From Octopus bimaculoides (lineage: Eukaryota): a stretch of 64,000 bases of DNA. The notes beneath the pieces were generated by a model, which was not told where the DNA came from, made no database searches, and worked only from the letters and a program-made list of their open reading frames with translations. This document shows, in pieces, positions 40,081 to 52,245 of this stretch (positions are counted from its first letter, which is position 1; the number at the start of each line of letters is the position of its first letter). The position numbers were made by a program, and so were the translations under genes. The stretch is from positions 33,462,694-33,526,693 of the forward strand of contig NC_069002.1 of NCBI RefSeq assembly GCF_001194135.2, given 5' to 3'.

Positions 40081-40375
40081 CCGGTTTCAATCATTAGACT
40101 GCGGCCATGCTGTGGCATCGACCTGAATTTTCAGGGGAATGAACCGACGCCAGCATTTAGTTTTTTTAAGTTACGAGTATATAAACACACCAACACAGGT
40201 TGTCAAGTGGTGATGGGGGGGAGATAAACACACATATAGGTATATACATATATGTATACGACGGGCTTCTTTTAGATTCCATCTACCAAATCCACTCAAA
40301 AGTCTTTGGTCGGCATGAGGCTATAGTAGAAGACACTTGCACAACGTGTTACGCAGTGGGATGAACCCGAACCAT
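40081..40375 (-). mobile_element. Composite tRNA-CORE SINE, degenerate
   Basis: gactgcggccatgc..acgacgggcttct..ctaccaaatccactca..ctatagtagaagacacttgc..gcagtgggatgaacccg. Confidence 0.8.
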
Positions 40376-40605
40376 TTTTAAATGTCCCTCGAGTCAGTTC
40401 TATTGAACGAGTCCTTTAATTAAAGGCATTCGAGGTGTGATCATTTTTATAAGTTATGCAAAGTCTAGTTTAGACTCAAATTTGAATGATACTGTAGGCG
40501 TGTCAAATGCGTTAAGTATTTCTCATAGGAATGTGTAAAAATATTATCGACTCATCCCCTCCACCAAAACTACTTCCGTCGTGGCAAAATTTGAAACCAT
40601 TAGCT

Positions 40606-40612
40606 ATAATAA

Positions 40613-40661
<49 letters not shown>

Positions 40662-40665
40662 TATT
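40606..40665. repeat. (ATA)n microsatellite
   Basis: Seen directly. Confidence 0.95.
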
Positions 40666-41426
40666 TTTATCATCATTATCGCCCTCACCACTTTCCACTA
40701 TATTTTTTGTTATTATACAAATGAAATTGCAACCAGTTTGACAGCAAAAACCAGCGGGATACACTTGAAAGCGCTTGGTAGTCTCGCACTCCACTTCAGT
40801 TAAATTTACAGATATACAAATACAGCAATAATAAATAAAATAAAATAAGATAAACGACCGCATCAGTCACTATTACATGAACTCAAATATGAACGAGAAC
40901 AATAACAACAACAGCAGAATTAAATGATGCTACGGTGTATCAAACGTATAGCTTAAACAGAGCGAATAAACTGGTTTTTCCCCAATAAAACTAACTGATG
41001 GTTTCATTGCAAGTTAAAAGTAAAATTTGAAACATATAAATAAATAAATGAATTAAAAAATAATTGAAGAATCAATGCTTTTGTGATTCTTGGACGGGTT
41101 CCAAGTTCAGGTTACAGAATATTAATGAATTGATAGGAATTAATTAATTTAGAGAAGATTCAAAAAAAAAAAAAAGCAAAGAGACATCTCGAGTTAGAAA
41201 AAATATTGAACAGCAGAATAATTTTCAGCATACGTATAGGATATACATATTTATATATGTATGCATGTGCACATGTTTATATGTGTGTGTATAAAAACCC
41301 ATATGTAGAAATGATAAACGAATACACAGATGTTCAGTTGTACTGGCGTATTCCTACATCATGTAGAATCCCCCCACATGTATATGCATAGATATGAACG
41401 TGTTAGTTTGTATATGTGTGTATATG

Positions 41427-41470
<44 letters not shown>

Positions 41471-42449
41471 GCCTGTGTGTGTTTGCGTGTGTCATATCCT
41501 CCCAACCCATTCGTAACATTCTCAATTCTCTACTCTTCCTCCTCTCACACATTGTGTAGATAAGCGTACCTCTATAATCATTCCATTTCCTTTCAATACT
41601 CTTCTCTTGTACATGATTTCTTGCACTATTGTCTCTTTTTGCTTAGTTTCCTGAACACTCCCTCAACCCCACATTTCCTCTTTCTATCTTCTTTTTACCC
41701 CCCTCTATACATATTCATTCCTCTCTTAGTAGCTGACTTACAGCTCTGAACATACATATTCATCATGAGTATTTCCGCGAACAGGTTTTCTATGTTGAAA
41801 TGTTTTAACGGAGGAAGGTTTTACATAATGCATGCATTTCCAATTATTTATAACGCAGGCTTGAAACGTACGCTCTAAATAATTTTAAAATATAACCACA
41901 TCTTTTGACTTCTTTATTACAACATTGTTATGCTTGTATAACATTTTTACATACACAAACAAGCGCGCACACACACACTCACATATACACATACGCATAA
42001 GATTGAGCGTTCTGCACTGTCTGCTTGTACTAAATTCCTCATAATATAAATTAAGGTGGGAAATGTTTTCGTAAAGTACACTTTTCCCAAGGTCAATGAT
42101 TTATGTTTGGCTTTCAGAGAGTAGTGCTTAAGAATATTGATAGATAAATGAAAAGTGCAAATGTAGGAGTGGACAGTTTTAATGGTTGTGGCTTTCCCAT
42201 TGAAGTAGACCTAACGGAGGAAAATCTACGCTCTCATACGAGGTGTTAGATATCACAATGAGATTTTCTTCGAATCAGACACTTTATTGTAGTAAAGAAG
42301 GATCTGTGTGATAATCCGACCTTAACCGATAGATTCTTAGACAAATAATGGGTTCGTATTTTCTGTTATGTCTTCGATGTTAAAGCAGTTGCATCATGTT
42401 TGAAATGAAGGTTGATTGACATCAACATCAAGGGAAAATACATGTTTTC

Positions 42450-42570
42450 AGTACAGCTGCGTTCGCCACTATCCCCTGCCGGAGCCTCGTGGAGCTTGAG
42501 GTGTTTTCGCTCAATAAACGCTCACAACACACGGTCTGGGAATCGAAACTGCGATCCTATGACCTCGAGT
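42450..42570 (-). mobile_element. Partial (5' portion) copy of the 15912-type SINE
   Basis: cccctgccggagcctcgtggagctt.aggtgttttcgctcaataaac.ctcacaac..ggtctgggaatcgaaac. Confidence 0.85.
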
Positions 42571-42762
42571 ACCACACAATGTATATGTACATTATTTGCA
42601 AGGACAGTGCTTCCATATTCAACACCTTTCTCCCAGTATGATATTGGGTGTTCATTAGCAATTGTGTACCTCATTTAATTGCCTACACATATAATTGCTT
42701 ACATTTAATTGCCTACAGTGATTGATAATAAAATCCTTAAGTATTTGGTTCTAACCAAATTC

Positions 42763-43302
42763 GGGATCTCTTTTAAAACGGGGGCCACATTTTTCATTAA
42801 CGAAACACTTTGAAACTTGGAACAATGGTAGAATGTGTCATATAAAACATCTTTTTCTCTTAGTCTTCTTAAAAAAAAAGAAATCCATAAGTTATTCCAT
42901 GTTAAAGTTGTATTTCTGTAATTTCAACCAATCACCGATATACATTAAGTGCCGACTACATAAACAATCGATTCTGAAACAATTAACCCTAACCGTAGGG
43001 TTAGGGTTAAAGCAAATTTAAAATGAAAAAAGCAAATAAAACGAAGGTATGGAGATTAAATACGCTTTACATCGCTTAATCAGCCAAAGGAGTAAATGTA
43101 AACAACTGAATACTTGTCAGTGATTGGTTGAAATTATCGAAATAAGACAATTTTTTTACATGAAATAAATTCGAATACAAAAATATTTTTCTGATCTATA
43201 ACACAAAATAGATAAGTATACGAAGTTTGAAAGTCTTTCCGTACCAAAAACACTTCGTAAAACATTAACGAAAAATGTGGCCTCCGTTTTAAAATAGATC
43301 CC
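42763..43302. mobile_element. 540-bp non-autonomous DNA transposon with ~38-bp TIRs (GGGATCT...) and 6-bp TSD AAATTC
   Basis: Left gggatctcttttaaaacgggggccacatttttcattaa; right ttaacgaaaaatgtggcctccgttttaaaatagatccc. TSD at 42757-62 and 43303-08. Inner IR aatttcaaccaatcac/gtgattggttgaaatt; central aaccctaaccgtagggttagggtt. Confidence 0.85.
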
Positions 43303-45152
43303 AAATTCGTATACGTAACATATCCTCGCAAGTCCAGGGTGTCTCAAGTGCTTTGTTTCAATACTCCCTCCTGCTACAGAATATATTTTAGCTAAGATTA
43401 TTCAGCAATAGATTACATATAAAAAGACGCTGTTTACACCTGTCAAGTGACATACATTGTTCACTAAAAGTCAGAAGTCATATTCAATAGTACACTATGG
43501 TAGGTGGAATGAAACACTGTAAAATAACAAGGAATTGATTTTATAATACAGTCCCAGAAAATATGATGTCTGGCAAGAAAACGGCGTGCTAATAACTCAT
43601 AATTACTTCCTTTTATCCGATGGCTAGAGGACAATATGTTCATAATAAGGAAGCCATCCTTTCATCATATGGTGGCAACACGTCGCGGTGTCTGCTAAAA
43701 CACATTGAATTTTATCCTATGGCTAGAAAACGTCATTGGTAACTGTTGGAAATCGTGTCTTCTATCGTAAGTCAGCTGGATTTGCAGTCACATGACACGT
43801 GACAATGGGAACATGATCTGCCCTCTGGTGATGGAATAGCAAATGTAGTGTTTCAAACCTCCTTAAATTTAGTATTTAATATTTTGACATCAAAATTGCT
43901 GCTCGTGTTTTTCATCTATATCTATGATTAAAACTATTATTGGAGTTGCTCATACTGCTGTTGTTGTTGGTGTTTTGTCTGAAGTGTCACGTGATCAGAT
44001 ACACATTTCCGATATTTTTTTAATATAATCATAAAAGTACACAAGCGATGTCTTTTTATAATTCATGTGTAAGAACAGAAGAAGATGAGATGAGTGAGAC
44101 TTATGATTAAATATTTTCCAACCGTGGCCCTCCTGTGTTTTTTTATATATTGACGTTTCAGAGTCCAATGTTTCCTACATTTAAAACCGGAATGTTTGAA
44201 ATTTAAAGGGATCAGACTGCTCTTTGTAGAGAGTCGTGCTGCCTCGCAGAGGTCCTTCGACATAAAGTACCAACTCAGCTCCGAATAGGAAAATCTACGA
44301 GTAAAAAAATGATCTCCTAACCGGGACCATCTCGCCTTTCTTTAGATATTCTAAAATTAATGGCAAATAATAGTTCGTTGGGAGAGGCATATTTAGCTGT
44401 TACTTCTAGAAGAGCAAAAGAACACGTAGATAATCCCCCGGAGATTATATTTCATTGTTTTCACCATGCGTTACTGAACGTAATCCAGTGTCTGAGCAGA
44501 GAACAGTCAAATTACTAAATATATGGATGATATTTTGCAACTTAACAAATTGGGGGAAATCTATCATGAAAATAAAGACAAAACACAAAAAAAAACAGAA
44601 AAAATAATATAATTCTCCTCTTCTGCGATTATTTCAAATAGATTTAGCAGGAATTGGCCAGAAAATTACAAATATATATATATCTGTTTCAGGGAATAGT
44701 GAATGTGAACTGCAGCAGCAACGTAAAATTATTAATGCACAACCACGTCTGTTAACATACGGATACAAACTTTTACATCACTGCAGTTAATTGCAAACGT
44801 ATGCACACTTGCAAAGACTTGAATCACATACATGCATAAAGATGCAAGTACATAAACAGATACTGTAGCATCTTAAGTACTAACGTACAACTGTAAACAC
44901 AAAGAGACTTACATAGATATGCAAACACACGTTTACACAGACAGACTTGCAAACGAACATACATATGCAGATGTAAAGGAAAAAACGTTCTTACACACAG
45001 ATGCAAACACGTAGTACATTACATACACGTCCAAATATAAGCGAACTTGTCACAAAACTCCAAACGTACGCAGATATTCGTACACTTGCAAACTCACAGA
45101 AACAAACGCTTACAAAGACTTGTGAACGCTCACATGCAGAATGACATAAACT

Positions 45153-45159
<7 letters not shown>

Positions 45160-45204
<45 letters not shown>

Positions 45205-45232
45205 CATACATACATAACACACGCACATATAC

Positions 45233-45263
<31 letters not shown>

Positions 45264-45490
45264 CATATATAACACACACACACATATATACACATATATA
45301 ACACACACACAAACATNNNNNNNNNNCACACACACAAACATATATATACACATATATAACACACACACAAACACATATATATATACACATATATAACACA
45401 TATATATATATATATATATATACTTACATACACGAACACAAACATATACACACATATACATACATTCACAAACGTACAAATACATGATAT
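45160..45490. repeat. (CA)n/(TA)n compound microsatellite with 10-N gap
   Basis: Seen directly. Confidence 0.9.
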
Positions 45491-46577
45491 CATGGACATT
45501 TATATACAAACAGATATATACAGGGTGAGACCAAATTTAATGCATCGTCATTCTTGCACGATTCCTGCGCTGACCATGCAAGAGTTGAGGGAATATGCGG
45601 CCATGTTCTGATTCATAAATGAAAGGCATATTATGGATTCCAAGCCAAAGTTTCAGGCCATCTGGGAATCTATTAATTATATCAATTCATGCGACTAAGA
45701 AAGAAGGAAAAGATGACGAAAACAAACATGGTAACGTAACTCTTCACAAATCATGGAACAAAACAAATTTAAGCACAAATAAAAATCAAGAAATACATAC
45801 AAGAAACCATGAAAAATAAATGAAAGTTTGAAAAAGTGATATAGCGAAATGAGGAAGAGAAAAAAAAAACGAAACGAAACAAGAAACAAAGAAAAGACAA
45901 AAAACGAAATTAAACTGATGTTGAGGTTGGCATTGGGAATCAGAATGCGTTTCGTTAATAGAGTAGTTGCTAGAATTGAGGTGACCATAAGAGAGAATTT
46001 TTCAAGAGACTGCAGTAATTGAAATCAGAGGATTCTTGCACAAATCAAAAATTGATTAGGGAAAGAAAATTCTGAGATAATGTGCAGCAAGGAAGAAAGT
46101 CAAGAAAGCGACTAGAAGGAAATTGGGAAGAAAAATCAGAAATAAAACAAAAACAAAGCAAAAAAATAACTCAATGAATCTCAGAAATACTGCAAATGAG
46201 CCAAATGAAATATATAGGGGCTGTTGCTGTGTGCAAAGGAGTTAAAAAGATGAGTAGAAAACAAAGAAAAATACAGAAGAAGAAAATGAGTGGGGTAGAA
46301 AGAGTGTTTTAAAGTCTTGAATAATAATAATAATAATAATATTAATAAAAATTGGTCAACAAGAATTATTGAAAGTAAAGGTCCAAAGAAGGGGAATTTT
46401 AAGAAATGAAATGCCGAAACGTATAAAGCCAGGTAGCTGTGTTGCGAACGAAGAATTAATTTTAAGAAAAAGGGCATAAAAATTAAAAGAAAAATAACTG
46501 GACAGAATGATGTATGGATAGAATGAGAGGGAGAATCAGTGAGAGTCAAAGAAAAAGACTGTCCTTGAGAGAAGGGG

Positions 46578-46613
<36 letters not shown>

Positions 46614-48680
46614 AAGAGAGAGAAAGAGACAGAGAGAGAGAGAGAGAAAGGAAAAAAGAGAAAGTGAAAGAAAGAGTTGAGTGAAAAATGAAGTGGTTAT
46701 AATGGAGACATTGAGAGACCAGTAATTGAACGAGCGCTTTTTAAAGGGTTCTTTCCCATTAATTAACAGGGTCCCAACACCAACGTTATGACCCTACAAT
46801 CGAAGATTCACACTAAAAGCTTTTGCTTTTATTTTGAAATTACATTTTATTTCTTTATTTTTCCTAACAGTGCGTCATTAATCGAAGAAATCTGTTATAA
46901 ACTCAACAAAATCTCATAAAAATCGTTAAATTAAGAAACAAAAAAGCAGCATGTTGGTGCAAATAGAAACATAATGCTAGGGAGCTTGCTGGAGAAAACT
47001 AATAGGACTTTACTTAAGAAAGACAAATCTAGTCACGACATCAGTTCAAATTTCCAGGGTAGCATGTTTTTTAAAGGGTGGAACTTTACAAATGAGTGTA
47101 ACCCGAAGAGTTAAAGCGAGTTTATGTTGATATGAGATAACCAACGGAAACTTTCGATCGACCTCATCTGTGGGTTAAGGAAATTCTGGAATCAAAACAT
47201 CTTAAATGTTCAACTGGAAAAATATGGTGTCTGATAAGTTAAGTTAATCATTAATAAGGAATATAAGGAAAATAAATTAACAGAGCCCAACATATTTTGA
47301 CAAACGTTGGAAAAGATATGTATGCTATTTAACACATCAAACTCTTAAGATAGCAATGATCACATAAATTAACCAATAGTTAGAACGTGCGTTGGAACGG
47401 CTAGATTCAATTTTGTATATGATGCCAACGAAAGATCTTCAGAAATATCACGTAAGACGTGCGGTTGAACAACCTATCAGCACTATTTCACGCGGGGGAA
47501 ATATCAGAACATAATGTGTGTAAGAAACTTTTGTTCACAGTTCCTGTAAGGAAGGCCTCCTGGAATAAAATAAAGGAAGAGGTACACAGACAAAATTAAT
47601 GCAGTTTGGTAAGATATACATCACACTCGTTGGAGAGATAGTGTCACAGCTAGAGACAGGGCAACTAGATAGAAACCGGCATGTTGAAATCTGACAAAGT
47701 GAAATATATCAAAGACTAGCAGAGATACCCAGCTTTGCCCACGACACATGAAATTAAAGAATTAAACTTTTCTTTTGTATTCTCTCTAATGAACTGGAAT
47801 ATGTATGATTCGAATATCATCAAAATTTCAGATTAAGAATTTTATTGAGTGTTCTTTCCCTTTTTACATACCCTAATAAAAATTCTGATCATGATATATG
47901 TATCCCATCTTTATGCTCAGGTACCAAAATCCAAATCTTATGAGACCTATTCAAATGTTTTTTGCTCCTGAAAATTGGGGCACATGGAGCTGTAAAATGT
48001 GGGAGTTAAGGCCCCTATTAGGGGGATTTTAAAGTCAACCAGAGAAGTTGAATTGTTGGGAATCTTTTTTAACATGTGTCTCATATCAGAAAGCAAGTCA
48101 CGACATAAAAACGAACGAAAAAAAAAGAAACATAAACGCCTCGATGAAGAAGCTATTGTGTGATATATCTACTGCATCATATATACTAACATGGCGGTAA
48201 ACATGCTTAGTGCCACAGAATTACGGTCTTGACGTCATCGTAGTAAAGTCTAAACACTATGTTTTATAAAAGAAATACCTACGATTTCTGCAGGGGCCAT
48301 CGTACTACAACATATTTTTCTTTTACACAAAATATCCCAGACGAACAGAAACGCATATCCACACACTGGTATGCACAAACTTCTAATTACACGCCAATAT
48401 ACACACATGCACAAGCACACAGGCACGTGCGCATACGCAAAGAAACATACAACAATAATAGAATTGCAACTTAGATTCAGAACCCCGCGTGACTCAGTAA
48501 CACCGAATGCAACTCTGTTCAATATACTTATCTATCTAGCTATGTATATATAAAATGCGTGTATATTAATATATATACGCATTTTAAGTCGAATTTCTAA
48601 CCGTATAATTATGTATATAATGTTGATTGCCTAATTTGAGGTTAAATCTTAATTCTTTATATATATACATATATATATAC

Positions 48681-48764
<84 letters not shown>

Positions 48765-48772
48765 CAATATAT

Positions 48773-49125
48773 TTGGCGAAAGCGACCGGATCTATGTAGC
48801 GCTTGGTAGTGGATTGTTCACAACGGCAATGCACCAGATCACCGAGCTCTCTTTACTGGTGAGTTCCTCGCCAAAATCCACGCCGTATGGCTTCCGCACC
48901 GCCTTAATCACAAGACTTGTCAACTACATTCTAACACCCTTATCAAAGGTCGCCATCTAAATACCCACTTGCAGAAAACGACTTTGAGACCTGATTCCAC
49001 ACGTCGCAAAACCGGTGTTTTGCTGCGCAAGGTAACGATTTCAGAGGAAATGATATTAAAACATAGGTAAATAAGTTACATCTTGTTAAACATAACTCGT
49101 CAGGGAGCTTTTTGATATCACGTCG
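48773..49125 (+). mobile_element. Mariner (DD34D-type) transposase C-terminal fragment plus degenerate right TIR
   Basis: [70 protein letters not shown], matching HHDNAPAH and C.AAQG.YFEGD. Ends in ctttttgatatcacgtcg, a TIR-like sequence. Confidence 0.82.
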
Positions 49126-49846
49126 AATAATAGTATAGAAGAAGCCTTTGATTTAAAAGTGACGATATTGATCACAACTTCAGATTTAATTTTCAGCAGG
49201 AGAGACAGAACATGTGGACAATGAATTGTTAGATAACTGTTGCTGCGAAACAATTTTAGATCTCACAGATTAGCTGTTAATTAAATAATGTTCAATCAGT
49301 GAGTGATTGTTGTTTTTATCGCGTAATATATTTATGAACAGTTACTATTGGTAACTGCATTTGTACATGAATATGCAGGACTGGTAAGAGTTTTTAAGGA
49401 GGCTGGCAGTTGTCAATGGATTCATTTTCCCTCTGTATACCGACAGGGTTTCTTGGAATAAAAGGAAATAGTTATGGGCCTCAAGAGATTTGTATCAATA
49501 CCGTTTCGACGCTGGTGTTGAGCTGAGAATGAAAAAGGGGTCTCAACAAATACGGCAAAGCGTTTCATTTCAGGCAAATAAGCTGTATTGATTAGCACTT
49601 TTTTCAGTGATAGTTGGCTAATGCAGGTTTTGAACACAGAACGTTGAGAGTCGATAGAAACGTCTTGGGGTATAATGTCCAACAGTGTAAGGAATCTGTG
49701 AATTGGCTACGTTACAAGAGGAACTAAAGTTAACTAAAATTTCATTACATTCTCAAGAATTTCTTCTATGATTTACACCGATCCCTATGTTGTTTCAAGA
49801 AGAATATTTAAAATTAGAGAGATCACCGATTTTTTAAAAGGAGTTA

Positions 49847-49884
<38 letters not shown>

Positions 49885-51386
49885 GCACTATATTTTCCTC
49901 CTTTTCTGTTATCCAATTTGGAAACATAATGCTGTAATTTGGCAAATGTCAATTGTTTTTCAAATATTTTCATCTCAGTGCTATTTCTATCAGATTGTGC
50001 TATCCCATCATGTTAGCTATGTTCATTTTCCCCTCTTAGAATCACTAATCTCATGGTTTGTGTTGTCGTCCGAGAACAGATTTGTTGTGAATTGCAGGAG
50101 CTCTGTCTACTATATCTACAAGATCATCTGACTACGCACAACCCTCCTCCTTGGATCCTTGATCCCCCATAATGTAATCGCTCATTTACTGAGCAGATTA
50201 ATGATGCGTACATGCAATTACGTTTCAGTAGTTGCTGAATTAGCCAGGGACCTCACTAAATCTTTTAAGGCAAATAGTTATCTAATTGTTCAACATGAGT
50301 TTGAATATGCACAAATAAAACCAGTAAGGATATGGGAGTTTGACTGAATTGGCGAAAATACTTCATAATAGAAATATGTAGTTGTAAACTTTAGAAACTG
50401 GTTATCGCAAATACATATTTCCTTTAGCTCATTTATAAATATATATTTATTTAGTAGAGACTCCATCGATCTCCGAGTAATATTCGTTTTACGAGGTATT
50501 GATATATCGATAAAGAATCAATTTTTTTTTTTCATTTTAGTAGAGCAATAATTCTCAATTATTTTACATTGGTGGTGAACTAGATATCAAACCACAAATT
50601 ATTGGCATACTTCTCATAGAAAATCTGAAGGACCTATTTATGAAAGACAGACATTTAAGAGAAAACAAAGAGAAAAGCATTCTCTACGTGGTGTTATTAA
50701 TCATATTAGAATACAATTACATTATGAAAGACCATTTTCAAGACGCCAAACATAAATAGAGATTTTTTCCAAAGCCTTAAATTATATTCTATACATAATC
50801 CACCAGAAGAAAACTAAAAATCAAAACTGAAAATACTTACTGCTCATCTTTTGAGCAAATCTACGACATTTCTTCAGCTTTATCGCAGACTGTAGTAATA
50901 ATATCTGATACCTTTGCCATAATTTTCCATTCAGCTTAACTAACGCTTCACCTAATATTATCCTCTCACGTCTTTAGTGTTTAATGTAGTATTCCTTATA
51001 TTTGGCGCCCATCTTTGTAGAATTTATTATCGGCCATACATTCTTAAACATGTAGTTATTGCTAAGCACATCATATACAACAAATTGGTGGTAAAAGAGA
51101 AAAAACCCAAACAAAAATTAAATACTACATTGCCCAAATAATCAAAACTAAACTTTCTGTTATTCATGCATTCGGTAGTAACTTTCATTCTGATAATCCT
51201 TGCTGTCCCTAAGAGAAATTTTCTGTAGGAACTTTAATGGGCATCTTATTTCAATCTGCTTCAGCCATTTTACTATATCTTGGCTTACTGCTCCCAACGC
51301 AGCAGTGTTCTTGGCACGACCGTTACCGCTCCAAAATCTTCCTCTTTCAAGCTTTAAGTGAATATATATATATATATATATATATA

Positions 51387-51614
51387 GTTTTAGGAAAAAT
51401 AACCAATTTTCAAGAACTCATCGATGAAAATCCACTATCACATATAGAAAAATTAATAATTATGAAACACGTGTAATCTTTTTATTATATTTATCTTGTA
51501 TTTACTTTACTTTATATTATACTCATTTATTGTGCTTTTAATTATTAATTTTTCTATATGTGATAGTGGATTTTCATCGATGAGTTCTTGAAAATTGGTT
51601 ATTTTCCCTAAAAC
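51387..51614. mobile_element. 228-bp fold-back/MITE: 76-bp arm, 76-bp spacer, 76-bp inverted arm, in TA runs
   Basis: Arms 51387-51462 and 51539-51614 are reverse complements with 1 mismatch. A related single arm lies at ~37305-37355. Confidence 0.85.
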
Positions 51615-51721
51615 TATATATTTTATATATACTTTATCTATAAGGCTCAATTTAATTTTAATTTTTTATAAATTGATTTTAATTGAGTTTTTTACCTGTA
51701 ATTTTGGATTTTGTCCCTAAT

Positions 51722-51744
<23 letters not shown>

Positions 51745-51753
<9 letters not shown>

Positions 51754-52205
51754 TATACTTTGTTTTTCTTCCTTTTTCTTTACAATCAAACGCGCATGAT
51801 GGGCCGATAAGTAAGCAGCATCGTTTCTCCTTAACTATGATCGTTACGTCTGGTCCATTATTTTCTAATCTCTTCTCCGTTTGAATATCTATGTCCCACA
51901 AAATCTTAAAGTTCTCCGAGTCCATTTCTCTTTCGACTCGATGATTGTACAATGTATTTCTAGCTTCAAATTCACATGACTGACAGGTGTAGTACCAGTG
52001 TATTACCTTTACAACTTTATCGTGCCTCCATTTCTTATATTCTTCCTGTGCCAACTTGGGACATTCTGCTACAATGTGTCACTGTTTCGCCGCAAGTTCC
52101 ACAGTCTCTCCATTTTTCTGATTTATTCACTCCATCTGGGGTCGATATAATCGATTCATTCTTTCAAACAAAGTTGCTGCCCTTGTGGCACTATTTAAAG
52201 CAATT
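51745..52205 (-). mobile_element. R4/Dong-clade LINE fragment (CCHC knuckle and restriction-like endonuclease), degenerate
   Basis: GVNKSEKWRL(CGTCGETVTHCSRMCPKL)AQEEYKKWRHDKVVKVIHWY..ENFKILWDIDIQTEKRLENNGPDVTIIVKEKRCCLLIGPSCAFD, matching the RHD..HW, KILWDF.IQTD and PD...D motifs. (TAA)n on both sides. Confidence 0.9.
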
Positions 52206-52211
52206 ATTACT

Positions 52212-52245
<34 letters not shown>

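Noticed and set aside
47541-47545. 5-nt microexon-like ttcacag|TTCCT|gtaagg
   Set aside because: It lies in a degraded, possibly RTE-derived stretch (~47100-47720), has no second copy, and is easily produced by chance.
49070-49125. Minus-strand CTGACGA as a hammerhead core
   Set aside because: No GAAA/NUH partner; the sequence is better explained as the mariner right end and TIR.
50841-50889. Minus-strand 49-nt exon SAIKLKKCRRFAQKMS with gtaagt donor
   Set aside because: Its phase (0 to 1) does not join the other candidates and there is no homology; strong donors are frequent by chance in 64 kb of AT-rich DNA.
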